Shown here in pieces: positions 35,983-47,189 of a stretch of DNA of 64,000 bases. Numbering within the stretch: position 1 is the stretch's first letter; the number at the start of each line of letters is the position of its first letter. The DNA comes from an uncultured Bacteroidota bacterium (lineage in GTDB: Bacteria > Bacteroidota > Ignavibacteria > Kryptoniales > JAKASW01). The stretch is from the NCBI GenBank assembly GCA_963768145.1, contig CAVYHK010000034.1, positions 40,537 through 104,536 on the forward strand. The letters are read 5' to 3'. The position numbers and the translations under genes are program-made. Under the pieces are notes generated by a model. That model had not been told where the DNA came from and did not search any database. It saw only the letters and a list, made by a program, of their open reading frames with translations.

Positions 35983-37720
35983 CAATCAATGGCATATTTC
36001 AGATTATTTTCTACTTAGTGGTCCTGGTGTTTCTTGCCAAACCGCTCGGTGAATTTATGGCAAGAGTGTTCGAAGGTAGAAGAACGTTTCTCCATCCTAT
36101 CTTCGGACCCGTAGAGAAGTTTATCTATCGAGTCTCAGGGATCAATCCCGATGAAGAGATGGATTGGAAGCAGAATGCGATCGCAATGCTCGTGTTCAAC
36201 GTGATCGGTATTATCATAGTTTACGGTTTCCAGCGTCTTCAACAGCTTCTTCCATTGAACCCGGAGCATTTCGGCGCGGTAACTCCGGATTCTTCATATA
36301 ATACTGCTGTTAGCTTCGCGACCAATACAAACTGGCAGGGTTACGGCGGCGAGACCACGATGAGCTACCTGACTCAGATGATGGCACTGACGGTTCAGAA
36401 TTTTCTGTCTGCCGCGACGGGAATAGCGGTTTTAGTCCTATTCATTAGAGGACTTGTCCGCCATTCTGCAAAGACCCTGGGAAATTTCTGGGTCGACCTG
36501 ACACGAAGTGTTCTATATGTTTTGCTTCCGCTATCCGTAATTCTCGCTCTGGTACTTGTCTCGCAAGGCACGGTACAGACATTTTCATCGCACGCTACGG
36601 CAAAATTTGTCCAGCCGACTGCAGACACGAGCGGGGCAACAGTTACCGAGCAGGTTCTTGCCGTTGGTCCGGCGGCTTCGCAAATTGCTATCAAGCAGTT
36701 GGTACAAACGGCGGCGGATTCTTCAACGTGAACTCGGCACATCCTTACGAGAATCCTACGCCGCTTTCCAATTTTCTTGAATTGATTGCCATCCTGATTA
36801 TCGGCGCGGCACTTTGTTTCACATTCGGGAGGATGGTCGGTGACACTCGGCAAGGCTGGGCTTTGATTGCAGCCATGATGATAATACTTGTTGCAATGAT
36901 CTTTGTGTGCTATCCGGCAGAACAAACTGGGAATCCGCTTTTCACTAAACTTGGAATCGATCAAACTCCCAGCGCTCTTCAAACCGGCGGAAACATGGAA
37001 GGGAAGGAAGTCCGGTTCGGAATCGCCAATTCAGCGTTGTGGGCAGTCACGACAACTTCAGCGTCAAATGGATCGGTGAACTCGATGCACGATTCATACA
37101 CGCCTCTTGGCGGATTGATCCCGTTGATCGCGATGCACCTTGGCGAAGTTGTCTTCGGAGGAGTCGGCTCCGGTCTGTATGGAATGCTTGCGTTCGTAAT
37201 TGTCGCCGTTTTCGTCGCAGGGCTTCTCGTTGGCCGAACGCCCGAATATTTGGGTCACAAGATAGAAGCTTATGATATGAAGATGGCGTCGCTGCTTATT
37301 CTAATAATGCCGATCATAGTCTTGATTTTTACTGCACTCGCGGTCGTACTGCCCGCAGGTGTGTCATCTATTGCAAACCCTGGTCCGCACGGCTTCAGCG
37401 AAATCTTATATTGCTTTACTTCTCAAGGCAACAACAACGGCAGCGCCTTCGCCGGGATAAACGCCAATACGCCGTTTTATAATATCACGGGCGCAATTGA
37501 TATGTTCTTTTCTCGCTACTGGCTCGCGATTCCTACGCTGGCGCTTGCTGGCTCACTCGTGAGGAAGAAGAAAGTCCCCCCAAGCGAAGGGACTTTGCCG
37601 ACTCATACTCCGCTATTCATGTTCTGGCTGATCTCGGTAATCCTGATCGTCGGTGCGCTTAATTTCATGCCCGCGCTTGCACTCGGTCCGATTGTCGAAC
37701 ATTTGATGATGATTCATTGA
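35979..37720 (+). CDS. kdpA: K+-transporting ATPase subunit A, single-base frameshift
   Basis: [24 protein letters not shown]... in ORF 35826..36731, continued by [15 protein letters not shown]... in ORF 36728..37720. Restoring one G at 36701-36702 gives the conserved [19 protein letters not shown]. Confidence 0.9.
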
Positions 37721-37737
37721 AAAAGGAAAATTTATTT

Positions 37738-39840
37738 ATGACTACGGAATCTTCACAGCTTAGAAAACCAATGGGTTTAACAAGAGAAATATTCAGGCGA
37801 GCACTCTCAGATTCGTTCCTGAAATTGAATCCGAAAAACATGATGCGCAACCCGGTTATGTTTGTGGTCGAAGTAGGAAGTGTGCTCACGTCGGGATTAT
37901 GGATCCAGGCTCTCGTCGGTCACGGAGAGGCTCCGGCCTGGTACATTGGCACTGTTTCTTTATGGCTATGGTTTACGGTACTCTTCGCAAATTTTTCCGA
38001 AGCGCTTGCAGAAGGACGCGGAAAAGCTCAAGCCGAGGGTTTGCGGAAAGCGCGCCGTGAAACGATGGCCAAACTTCTTCATAAGCCGCGCCATGGTTCA
38101 AAAGTCCAGCTTGTTCAATCTACCTCCCTTCATAAAGGGGATTGCTTCATCGCGGAGTCAGGCGATGTAATTCCCGCGGATGGTGAAGTGATAGAAGGAA
38201 TTGCGTCGGTCGATGAGAGCGCGATAACAGGTGAAAGTGCGCCCGTGATCCGCGAATCCGGCGGAGATCGAAGTGCCGTCACCGGAGGTACGCGTGTGCT
38301 TTCGGATTGGCTCGTGATACGAATGACGGCTGATCCTGGCGCTGGATTCCTCGATAAGATGATACATTTGATCGAGGGGGCGAAAAGGCAAAAGACCCCC
38401 AACGAAATTGCGCTTAATATTTTATTAGCGGCGTTCACGATCATCTTCTTGATGGTGTGCGTGACGCTCCTTCCGTTTTCTCTTTTCAGTGTCCAGGCCG
38501 CCGGGCAGGGTACGCCTGTGACCGTGACGGTCTTGGTGGCACTTCTCGTTTGCCTCATTCCGACAACGATCGGAGGACTTTTATCTGCCATAGGAATAGC
38601 GGGGATGGACCGGATGATACGTCATAATGTCATTGCCACTTCAGGTCGAGCCGTTGAGGCCGCCGGCGACGTCGATGTTTTGCTTTTGGACAAGACCGGT
38701 ACGGTTACTCTTGGCAATCGTATGGCGACCGAGTTCGTCCCCGCCTCCGGAATTTCATCGGAACGTCTGGCAGATGCGGCGCAGTTGGCGTCACTTGCGG
38801 ATGAGACGCCGGAAGGACGATCGATAGTTGTTCTGGCAAAGGAAAAATATGGTCTGCGTGGGCGCGACATACAGCAGATTGCGGCACAGTTTGTTCCATT
38901 CAGTGCACAGACACGGATGAGCGGGGTGGACATTCAAACAGACGGCAAAGCGTCTTTCAGAAGTATCCGCAAGGGTGCCGCAGATTCAATCAAGAAATTT
39001 GTCGAACAGCAAAACGGCAAGTATCCTGCTCAAGTGGAACAAACAGTTCAGGATATCGGACGTAAAGGTGGAACACCGCTGGTAGTTGCCGAAAACGGAG
39101 AAGTGCTGGGTGTGATCCATTTAAAGGACATCGTCAAAGGTGGAATAAAAGAACGCTTTGCTCAACTGAGGAGCATGGGAATCAAAACGGTCATGATAAC
39201 CGGCGACAATCCGTTGACGGCAACGGCTATTGCCGCGGAGGCCGGCGTCGATGATTTTCTCGCTGAAGCGAAGCCCGAAGATAAACTGAAGTTGATCCGC
39301 GATTACCAAAGCGGCGGTCGGCTTGTTGGAATGACAGGCGACGGAACAAACGATGCGCCTGCACTCGCTCAGGCCGATGTCGCGGTCGCAATGAACACAG
39401 GGACACAGCCGGCCCGTGAAGCCGCAAACATGATAGATCTCGACAGCAACCCAACGAAGCTTATAGAGATTGTCGAGATAGGAAAACAGCTTTTGATGAC
39501 GCGCGGAACTCTTACGACGTTCAGTATCGCAAATGACGTGGCAAAATATTTTGCGATCATCCCTGCAGCTTTCGCAACAACTTATCCCGTTCTGAACGCT
39601 CTTAATATCATGAAGCTTGCCACACCGGAGAGTGCAATTATGTCGGCAGTCATTTTCAACGCTTTGATAATCGTCGCGCTGATTCCACTGGCATTGAAAG
39701 GCGTGAAGTACAGGGCAGTAAGCGCGGTTCATCTTCTGCGCAGGCATCTTCTCATTTACGGTGTAGGAGGAGTAATTGCACCGTTTGTCGGTATCAAACT
39801 GATCGATTGGGTGATTAACGGTTTACGCTTAATAAGATAG
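37738..39840 (+). CDS. kdpB: K+-transporting P-type ATPase subunit B
   Basis: DKTGTVT phosphorylation motif and [24 protein letters not shown] at 37738 (ORF track TTG 37717). Confidence 0.95.
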   Translation: MTTESSQLRKPMGLTREIFRRALSDSFLKLNPKNMMRNPVMFVVEVGSVLTSGLWIQALVGHGEAPAWYIGTVSLWLWFTVLFANFSEALAEGRGKAQAEGLRKARRETMAKLLHKPRHGSKVQLVQSTSLHKGDCFIAESGDVIPADGEVIEGIASVDESAITGESAPVIRESGGDRSAVTGGTRVLSDWLVIRMTADPGAGFLDKMIHLIEGAKRQKTPNEIALNILLAAFTIIFLMVCVTLLPFSLFSVQAAGQGTPVTVTVLVALLVCLIPTTIGGLLSAIGIAGMDRMIRHNVIATSGRAVEAAGDVDVLLLDKTGTVTLGNRMATEFVPASGISSERLADAAQLASLADETPEGRSIVVLAKEKYGLRGRDIQQIAAQFVPFSAQTRMSGVDIQTDGKASFRSIRKGAADSIKKFVEQQNGKYPAQVEQTVQDIGRKGGTPLVVAENGEVLGVIHLKDIVKGGIKERFAQLRSMGIKTVMITGDNPLTATAIAAEAGVDDFLAEAKPEDKLKLIRDYQSGGRLVGMTGDGTNDAPALAQADVAVAMNTGTQPAREAANMIDLDSNPTKLIEIVEIGKQLLMTRGTLTTFSIANDVAKYFAIIPAAFATTYPVLNALNIMKLATPESAIMSAVIFNALIIVALIPLALKGVKYRAVSAVHLLRRHLLIYGVGGVIAPFVGIKLIDWVINGLRLIR

Positions 39841-39930
39841 TGGGACAACCAAGCCGTGCGCAATCGAATGGGGGGTGCGTCGGACCGGAGATTCTTTTTC
39901 TTTGTCTAATGTGATTAAATTATAATCGAA

Positions 39931-42639
39931 ATGGCAGAAAGAGATTATTCTCGTCCCGACCCCGACATGCTTCTGAAACTGATGAAGAAGGAGGAGGAAC
40001 GGCAAGAAAAAGGTAAGTTGAAAATATTCTTCGGAATGTGCGCCGGGGTTGGAAAAACATATGCGATGTTGAGCGAGGCACGCGATGCAGTTAGTAAGAA
40101 GATAGATGTAGTTGTAGGTTACGTGGAGACGCACAATCGGATGGAAACCGCCGAGCTTGTCCTGGGTCTTGAGGTGGTTCCGAGAATGCAATTAGAGTAT
40201 CGTGGTGCACTTCTCGAAGAGATGGATATCGACGCTATCCTCGCAAGAAAACCCAAACTAGTCATTGTTGATGAGTTGGCGCATACAAATGCTCCGGGAA
40301 GTCGCCATGCAAAAAGATTTCAGGACGTTTTAGAATTGCTGGGAGCAGGCATAGACGTGTACACCACCCTGAACGTCCAGCATCTCGAAAGCAGAGCCGA
40401 CGCGGTTGCCCAAATAACGGGGACGATTGTCAGAGAAACTGTGCCGGACTCAATTTTCGAATCTGCCGACGAAATCAAGGTGATCGACATTTCGCCCGAA
40501 GATTTGATCAAGCGACTCAGCGAAGGAAAAGTTTATACTCCCGACCGATCCAAGCAAGCAATTGCAAGTTTTTTCAGGGAAGGTAATTTGGATGCGCTCA
40601 GGGAAATGTCTTTGCGTATCACGGCGGAGAGAGTTGACCGCGAACTTCGCGAGTACATGCGAGGTAACAGAATAGCTGGGCCCTGGAAATCCGGTCAGAG
40701 GTTAATTGCTGCCATAAGCCCAAGTCCGCATTCAATCTCGGTAATTCGCTGGGCACGGAGAGTGTCGTTCACAATGGATGCATTGTGGGTGGTGGTCTAC
40801 GTCGAACAATCGACGAGATTGACCACCGAAGAAAAGGATCAGCTTGCCAAGAATATGAAATTGGCAAAGGAGCTTGGTGCCGAAGTTTTGACCACCGCGG
40901 ACGAAAGCATTCCTGATGCTTTGATGCGAGTTGCGCGGGAGCAAAATGCTAGTCTGATGCTCGTAGGAAAGCCCGGGCGGAGGTTCTTCTCCCGAGCCGC
41001 GCGTGTCGTGGATGAACTCATTCAAAAGAGCAAAGACCTTGACCTCTACATAGTGGGCCAAGAAGGTGTTGAAGATAAGAAAGTTAGACGGCGCCTTTTT
41101 CCGGGTCTCCAATCGAGCTATGCCCAGTATATCACAGCCTGCGCCCTTGTTCTTCTGACTGCACTCCTGTGTTTTCCTTTTGCACCGTTCATGGGATATA
41201 GGACGGTATCCTTCATTATTCTTCTTGTTGTGTCTCTTCTTCCATTGAGAATGGGACCCGGTCCGACCCTTCTCGGTGCAGCAATGGGAGCAATAGCATG
41301 GAATTTCTTCTTTATTCCTCCTCGATTTAGTTTCTTCGTCGGAAATCTCGAAGACGCCCTTTTACTTAGTCTGTATTTCCTCGTTGCATCGGTTACCGGT
41401 GTTCTCTCCGCGCGGCTGCGAAAGAGGGAGAAGATGCTTCGTCAACGCGAAGAGAAGACATCTGCTCTCTTCTCACTGACAAAGGATCTTTCGTCTGCGC
41501 ATTCACAGGACGAAGTCATTCGGGCAGCGATCTCAAATACGAAAAAATATTTTGATGCTGATGTAGCGGTCATTCTCGGCGATGCGGAAGGAGAAATATC
41601 TCGTGCAGGACACAGTGCCAGCAGCTTTTTCCCCGACGGCAAAGAGCTAAACGTAGCGGAATGGGTTTATTGGAATGAGAAACGAGCTGGCAAGCACACG
41701 GACACCCTGCCGTCGGCACAGGCGACTTATTTCCCGATGTCTGGTCCACGCTATCCATTGGGTGTGATCGGAGTGAGATTTCGCGACGACTCGAAACTCT
41801 CTCTCGATCAGGAATCACTACTAGAAAACTTTATTTCTCAAATAACTTCGGCAATAGAACGAGAATTGCTCAACGATGTGAATAACAAATCGATTGTACT
41901 TGCTGAATCTGAAAGGCTCTACAAGACTCTTTTCAATTCGATCTCTCACGAATTCCGAACGCCTATTTCGACGATTATGGGAATCTCAGAAAATCTTCTT
42001 CGAATGTCCGATTCTGATTCTCGGGATGCGAGCTCTCAAGCCACGCACTTGAAGGAAATCCATATCGCTGCGGAGCGATTGAACAGGCTTGTCGCCAACT
42101 TGTTGGATATGACCCGGCTGGAATCTGGAATGATACAGCCGAAGCTGGATTGGTGTGACATTAGAGACATAATAAATCAATCCATGAAAGGACTTGAGAG
42201 AGAGCTTATGCAGCATTCTATAGTCGTAGAAGTTGGGGACGATGTGCCTCTTCTCAAATTGGACTTCGTTTTGATAGAGCAGGCATTAACAAATCTGATT
42301 CACAACGCGGTGCTTTATACTCCGAAGGGAACAGAAATCATTGTGAAAAGTTTTCTCCAAGAAGGAAGATGTGTCATCTCGGTGGCCGACAGCGGGCCCG
42401 GATTGCCCGAAGAAGACACGGAGAGAGTTTTCGAAAAGTTCTATCGAGCGGCCACCGGCAGGGCAGGCGGCACAGGGCTTGGCCTCACGATTGCCAGAGG
42501 TTTTGTTGAAGCACACCATGGCAAGATCACAGCGAAGAATCGAATGGGGGGAGGAGCCGAATTTATTATTTATCTTCCAGTTGAGACTGAAAGTCGAACT
42601 AAGACTGAAGGAATTGCTGAGGAGGAGAAATCGGCTTGA
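39931..42639 (+). CDS. kdpD: Sensor histidine kinase KdpD
   Basis: N-terminal KdpD domain (GVGKTYAML), a Usp-like region, 4 TM segments, a GAF-like region, H-box SISHEFRTPIS and an ATPase domain (GTGLGLTIARG). Confidence 0.9.
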   Translation: MAERDYSRPDPDMLLKLMKKEEERQEKGKLKIFFGMCAGVGKTYAMLSEARDAVSKKIDVVVGYVETHNRMETAELVLGLEVVPRMQLEYRGALLEEMDIDAILARKPKLVIVDELAHTNAPGSRHAKRFQDVLELLGAGIDVYTTLNVQHLESRADAVAQITGTIVRETVPDSIFESADEIKVIDISPEDLIKRLSEGKVYTPDRSKQAIASFFREGNLDALREMSLRITAERVDRELREYMRGNRIAGPWKSGQRLIAAISPSPHSISVIRWARRVSFTMDALWVVVYVEQSTRLTTEEKDQLAKNMKLAKELGAEVLTTADESIPDALMRVAREQNASLMLVGKPGRRFFSRAARVVDELIQKSKDLDLYIVGQEGVEDKKVRRRLFPGLQSSYAQYITACALVLLTALLCFPFAPFMGYRTVSFIILLVVSLLPLRMGPGPTLLGAAMGAIAWNFFFIPPRFSFFVGNLEDALLLSLYFLVASVTGVLSARLRKREKMLRQREEKTSALFSLTKDLSSAHSQDEVIRAAISNTKKYFDADVAVILGDAEGEISRAGHSASSFFPDGKELNVAEWVYWNEKRAGKHTDTLPSAQATYFPMSGPRYPLGVIGVRFRDDSKLSLDQESLLENFISQITSAIERELLNDVNNKSIVLAESERLYKTLFNSISHEFRTPISTIMGISENLLRMSDSDSRDASSQATHLKEIHIAAERLNRLVANLLDMTRLESGMIQPKLDWCDIRDIINQSMKGLERELMQHSIVVEVGDDVPLLKLDFVLIEQALTNLIHNAVLYTPKGTEIIVKSFLQEGRCVISVADSGPGLPEEDTERVFEKFYRAATGRAGGTGLGLTIARGFVEAHHGKITAKNRMGGGAEFIIYLPVETESRTKTEGIAEEEKSA

Positions 42640-43349
42640 GCAAGGAACTCGAATCAGGCAATGGGTCTACGAAACCAGTAATCCTCGTCATCGATGATGA
42701 GATCCAGATTCGAAGGCTGCTTGAATTGACACTTGAATCGAACGGCTACGTGGTTCGCGCTGCAATCAAGGCAAATGAAGGTCTGTCGAAGGTAGCATCA
42801 GAAAGGCCGGAACTTGTGATTCTCGATTTGGGATTGCCCGATATGGACGGATTGGAGGTCTTGAAGAAGATTCGAGAATGGTCTTCCGTACCCGTCTTGA
42901 TTCTCTCGGTCCGCAGCTCGGAGAAAGACATAATTGAATCCCTTGATGCCGGGGCTGATGATTACCTCGTCAAACCATTTCGCACTGGAGAATTGCTGGC
43001 TCGTGTTAGAACGGCTGTGAGGCATCGTCAGTCACCCGAAGAAAAAGAAATATTTAGGTCAAATGATTTGGAAGTCGATCTGTCGGCGAGAGTTGTGCGG
43101 AAGGGAAGCAACATCGTCAAACTCACAGCAACCGAGTTCTCGCTGTTGTCTCTGTTTGTGAAAAATGCCGGCAGAGTATTAACTCACAAATACATACTTG
43201 AACAGGTCTGGGGTCCGTCACTGTCGGAAGAAACTCAATACACGCGAGTATATGTTGGGCAATTGCGGAAGAAAATCGAAGATGATCCTTCGAATCCCAT
43301 GATTATTCTTACAGAATCGGGAATAGGATACAGATTGAATTCAGAATAG
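42636..43349 (+). CDS. kdpE: OmpR-family response regulator KdpE
   Basis: Receiver domain (VILVIDDE...LVILDLGLPDMDG) and a winged helix (TESGIGYRL). The TTG start overlaps the kdpD stop (TTGA). Confidence 0.9.
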   Translation: MSKELESGNGSTKPVILVIDDEIQIRRLLELTLESNGYVVRAAIKANEGLSKVASERPELVILDLGLPDMDGLEVLKKIREWSSVPVLILSVRSSEKDIIESLDAGADDYLVKPFRTGELLARVRTAVRHRQSPEEKEIFRSNDLEVDLSARVVRKGSNIVKLTATEFSLLSLFVKNAGRVLTHKYILEQVWGPSLSEETQYTRVYVGQLRKKIEDDPSNPMIILTESGIGYRLNSE

Positions 43350-43464
43350 GATTCTGCAGCGGTATTGAATTCCACACTTCTGTGATTGAATCCGAATTTA
43401 GCAACAATTATAATTGTCCAAGAATTGTGACAATTGATTCATCCAACGGAAGTTGAGGGATTTC

Positions 43465-45102
43465 ATGGAGCGGAAAGGACGTCAAAGGAAACGAAAAAAA
43501 CCGGAAGGCGTCTTTTCGGTGCTTTGTTTCTCTCTGTCTCTAATCTTTCCCGTCGTTTCTCATGGACAGGATTCGACACGCTCTTCTGTATTCAAAGACT
43601 ACAGTCCGCTAAATTCAACGCATTTAATTCGTCAGTCCGACGTTGACTATCAGCTTTGGGAAGGGTTCATGCTGGTGCACAAGGCAAACGAAGGAGACCC
43701 TGCAGCCCAGCACGAGCTGGGACTCCGCTATCTTCTCGGTAACGGGTTCCCGGCAGATACCATACAGGCGGCATATTGGATTGGAAAAGCAGCAAACCAA
43801 AAGATGTCCATTGCGGAATTCAATTATGGTGTCTTTCTGGAAAATGGTTGGGGGGTGAAGTGGAATCCCTTCGAAGCCTTCCGATGGTTCGAAGCTGCAG
43901 TCGCGTGGCAGCTTCCCGAAGCTGAATTCGTGATGGGCCTGATCTACACGGACAATTTAGTGGTGCCGCGTGACTGGACGAAGGCGTATCACTTTGTCAA
44001 AGCTTCTGCTGATGCAAATTATGAACCTGCAAAGAAAGTCCTTCAGGAATTCATTCGCAGAGGAGTAGCCGGTCCGCGGGATCGTTTGACGGCGGGGGGG
44101 GCGCCGCGCGACTCATCAACGACGGAAAAGTCCACGGAACCTGTTGGGGTGCTCCAGCCCGTTTACCTCGATTTTGGCAAAGATACATCTACTCATGTTG
44201 ATGACCTTACTCTCCTTAGCGAGGCTTTTCGTGAAGGGAATGAAGAGCTCCGGAAATCATTGGGAGTGTCCAGAATCTTCGAAGCGAGCGAAGATACGAC
44301 TGGGATCGGGATGATCGAGCGTGCCGCAAACGCAGGAAGCCCCGAGGCCCTGGCCGTCCTTGGACGGTGCTATGAAAAAGGGATCGGGGTGCCCAAAGAT
44401 GAGATCCTCGCGGCCGAACAATATCTTCGAGCCGCCCGTCTGGAGTCTCGTCGTGCGCCTTCACTTCTCTTGGACCTTGTTCGCGAAAAAGCCTTTCTTG
44501 ACGAGGTTCAAGCCCGGACTCTAAAAAACGATGACGATGCAGCGTTCGTATGGGCTGGCTTGGTCGAACTCGGATTAGATCAACGAATCGTTGAAGATCA
44601 GGCATTCCATCTACTTCTTGTTGCCTCCGATCATGGAAACATCCCTTCTCTAATCGAACTTGGCCGCTGTTATTTCACTGGTCAGTGGACAAAAGAGGAT
44701 CCTGCGCTGGGTGAGCAATGCTGGAAGCGTGCAGCCAGAAAAGGAAGCCGGGATGCTGAGATCAGGCTTGCCGCCGCAGAGGTGCTATCCGATAGTTTGC
44801 CCACAGCTTCCGATAGCCTTCCGCATTCCACAGGAAATTCGGACCATTCACTTCTCGCAAGAGCAGTCAGAACGCTGATTGACGGATCCGACGACGGCTC
44901 GCTGATGGGCCAGCTCACCCTCGGGTACTGTTATGAAAAGGGAATCATCGTGTCCCAAAACACTCCGGCAGCGGTGAGACTCTATCGTGCTTGCGCACAG
45001 CGGGGAAGCCGAAGCGCGTTTGATTCTCTCAAGCGACTGTACGATCAGATTAGACCGAGTGACAAAGAATTCGACGTGTCTGCTGGCAACAATGAGGAGT
45101 GA
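43465..45102 (+). CDS. Secreted Sel1/TPR-like repeat protein
   Basis: Multiple Sel1-type repeats (AQHELGLRYLLGNG...AAYWIGKAA; PEALAVLGRCYEKGIGVPKD..; LTLGYCYEKGIIVSQN...AVRLYRACA). Signal peptide after a basic N-terminus. Confidence 0.75.
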   Translation: MERKGRQRKRKKPEGVFSVLCFSLSLIFPVVSHGQDSTRSSVFKDYSPLNSTHLIRQSDVDYQLWEGFMLVHKANEGDPAAQHELGLRYLLGNGFPADTIQAAYWIGKAANQKMSIAEFNYGVFLENGWGVKWNPFEAFRWFEAAVAWQLPEAEFVMGLIYTDNLVVPRDWTKAYHFVKASADANYEPAKKVLQEFIRRGVAGPRDRLTAGGAPRDSSTTEKSTEPVGVLQPVYLDFGKDTSTHVDDLTLLSEAFREGNEELRKSLGVSRIFEASEDTTGIGMIERAANAGSPEALAVLGRCYEKGIGVPKDEILAAEQYLRAARLESRRAPSLLLDLVREKAFLDEVQARTLKNDDDAAFVWAGLVELGLDQRIVEDQAFHLLLVASDHGNIPSLIELGRCYFTGQWTKEDPALGEQCWKRAARKGSRDAEIRLAAAEVLSDSLPTASDSLPHSTGNSDHSLLARAVRTLIDGSDDGSLMGQLTLGYCYEKGIIVSQNTPAAVRLYRACAQRGSRSAFDSLKRLYDQIRPSDKEFDVSAGNNEE

Positions 45103-45216
45103 TTAATTTTTGTTAAGGTCATGGGGGACTGAGCTCGAAGTGAACCATCCGACCATAGTGGCGTCTAAGGAATTAGATGGTACACAAGGCAAATCACATA
45201 TGGAAGGAGGTAAAAG

Positions 45217-46515
45217 ATGAAACCCAAATTACGAGTATTACTCTCTTTTTCCCTTCTCATGGGAATCCAATTGTCGTTAGGATGTTCACAAGCTCGCGCC
45301 CAGTCGGCTACGAGTCAGATGACAAGCTCCGAGTTCAGCAACTGGGAGCCTAAGGGCTTTTCGGATTCGCAGTTCAGCCTTCTCTGGGATGCATATAACA
45401 CGAAGTCGGACAGTCTTCTCGCAAAGTTTTTTAATAGTTGGAGACTTGAAACTCAAATCGTGGAGGAGCCAATACTCGAAACGCCGGTTGACGACGCGAT
45501 TGCTTCTCTTTTCATTTTTCTCCTGAACACCGATTTCCAAGATTCCAACTATCCCTACAAGTATGCCGTAATCCAAAATCAAATTGAGGCAACCGTGCCT
45601 TCTGCTTTAGGGATTCAGCAAGAGGAGTACGTACTTAACAATTTTCATCCAGAATCGAATAGTCCTTATCGTCCAATCTTGATAATGTTGGACGACAAGC
45701 GGAATGTCATGCTCGGTGAATTTCTTGGAGACTGGTCGGTGGTCAAAGCAGAAGAAGCGCAGGAGTTTTTTGGAAAATACGTTCCATTTGGAGCAGACGT
45801 TTACTACGCCAACCAACAAGCGGATTGGGCATTGCTAAGGCATTGGTACTCATTTGCGTTCACATCAGATCTGCAAGAAGCAAATGTTACAGATGAGACT
45901 CCGACCGAGACCGTCACATATACCTGCATTGTTGGGCGGGACGGAAACTGGATCAAAGTCCCTGAAGTACCGATCATAATGCCTCCGGTCCCCCCGCCAG
46001 AACCACCTATGCCTCCGCCAGAGCCGACGCCCGAACCGCCGCCAAGTCCACCGCATCCTCCGCGGCCGCCACATCCGTCACCCCCGACTCCTATTGTTCC
46101 AGCTCCGACGCCTGCCCCGAAGCCGGCCCCCGAACCGCCGCATCGCCCCCGTCCGACGACACCGGTCCCGCCGACTTCTCCGACAAATCCAATTGATGTC
46201 GGTCGCCCGCGGCCAGTCACACATCCCGTGGACAATCCGACGTCTCCTCAAGTGCCCGCTGAGCCGGCTCGGCCGAGGCCAACCGTGCCAACGACACAAG
46301 AACCAACATCGCCCGTAGCTACACCAGAACAACGGCAAAGGGGAGATCAACCACAAGTGAACACCACGCCGCCGCCACAGGCGTCTCCGGAGCGTCCTCA
46401 GAGTGTCCAACCGGCAGAGGAGAATCAGACGACACCTCAGATCTCTCCTCCGTCGAATGCTGCAAAGCCTTCGCCGCCACCGGATCAAAAGAAGGACCAA
46501 CAGAGGCCGCAATAA
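45217..46515 (+). CDS. Lipoprotein with extremely proline-rich C-terminal half
   Basis: Lipobox LSLGC|S with GGAGG upstream. About 230 aa of globular sequence is followed by about 190 aa of PxP/PT low complexity. Confidence 0.5.
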   Translation: MKPKLRVLLSFSLLMGIQLSLGCSQARAQSATSQMTSSEFSNWEPKGFSDSQFSLLWDAYNTKSDSLLAKFFNSWRLETQIVEEPILETPVDDAIASLFIFLLNTDFQDSNYPYKYAVIQNQIEATVPSALGIQQEEYVLNNFHPESNSPYRPILIMLDDKRNVMLGEFLGDWSVVKAEEAQEFFGKYVPFGADVYYANQQADWALLRHWYSFAFTSDLQEANVTDETPTETVTYTCIVGRDGNWIKVPEVPIIMPPVPPPEPPMPPPEPTPEPPPSPPHPPRPPHPSPPTPIVPAPTPAPKPAPEPPHRPRPTTPVPPTSPTNPIDVGRPRPVTHPVDNPTSPQVPAEPARPRPTVPTTQEPTSPVATPEQRQRGDQPQVNTTPPPQASPERPQSVQPAEENQTTPQISPPSNAAKPSPPPDQKKDQQRPQ

Positions 46516-46666
46516 TTGCTTTGAAATCGTCACCCCATGTTGAGGTCACGCGCTTCGTGATCTTGACATGATCGTTTTTTTCATGGTTGTTGATTGCATC
46601 CTTTTCACCGACTAAGTTAACTGACGTATTCTAAACTCACGTTCAGAAGGAATTTCGAATCGTACC

Positions 46667-47089
46667 ATGAAGAATAGAACCCACACTCGCGCAGCCAATG
46701 ATTCCGACCTTTCCGGACTCACCCTACTCGGCAAAGGAACCAAGCCCCAGAAGAAACTTGAGACTTTCCCCAATCATCATGCTGGCCGTAATTATGTTGT
46801 CACTCTGCGAACAGAGGAATTCACCTGCGTTTGCCCGGCGACCGGACAGCCTGATTTCGGGAAGTTGACCATCCAGTATGTTCCAGACAAAAGGATAGTT
46901 GAGTCAAAATCGTTGAAGCTCTATCTCTGGTCGTATCGCAACGAGGGCATATTCCATGAACATGTTGCAAACATGATTCTAGATGATCTTGTTAAAGCAC
47001 TGGCACCTCGATGGTGCAAAGTCACGGCGGAATTTGCCGTGCGCGGAGGAATATCAATTACCGTCGAGGCAGAGCACGGGGCAAAGTGA
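46667..47089 (+). CDS. queF: NADPH-dependent 7-cyano-7-deazaguanine (preQ0) reductase, unimodular type
   Basis: Catalytic Cys context EFTCVCPATGQPDFG and the QueF motif ESKSLKLYLWSYRN. Confidence 0.9.
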   Translation: MKNRTHTRAANDSDLSGLTLLGKGTKPQKKLETFPNHHAGRNYVVTLRTEEFTCVCPATGQPDFGKLTIQYVPDKRIVESKSLKLYLWSYRNEGIFHEHVANMILDDLVKALAPRWCKVTAEFAVRGGISITVEAEHGAK

Positions 47090-47189
47090 GGCACAATTCG
47101 ATTCAGGAAGAGAGGTGGCCCGCGCAATCTCATCGCGGACGTGACTTTAACGGAAGGGGATATGCGCTGTAGCCATACACACGATCTTG

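Noticed and set aside
36395-39747. Minus-strand ORFs of 153-208 aa (36395..36982, 38130..38591, 39121..39747)
   Set aside because: They are antisense to kdpA and kdpB, whose identity is unambiguous.
45804-46549. Gly/Arg-rich minus-strand ORFs (143 and 151 aa)
   Set aside because: They are the complement of the proline-rich tract (CCN codons read as GGN/NGG). This is a compositional artefact.
46516-46666. preQ1 riboswitch upstream of queF
   Set aside because: No preQ1-I/II-like hairpin with an A-rich tail or conserved core is recognisable in the 150 nt upstream.
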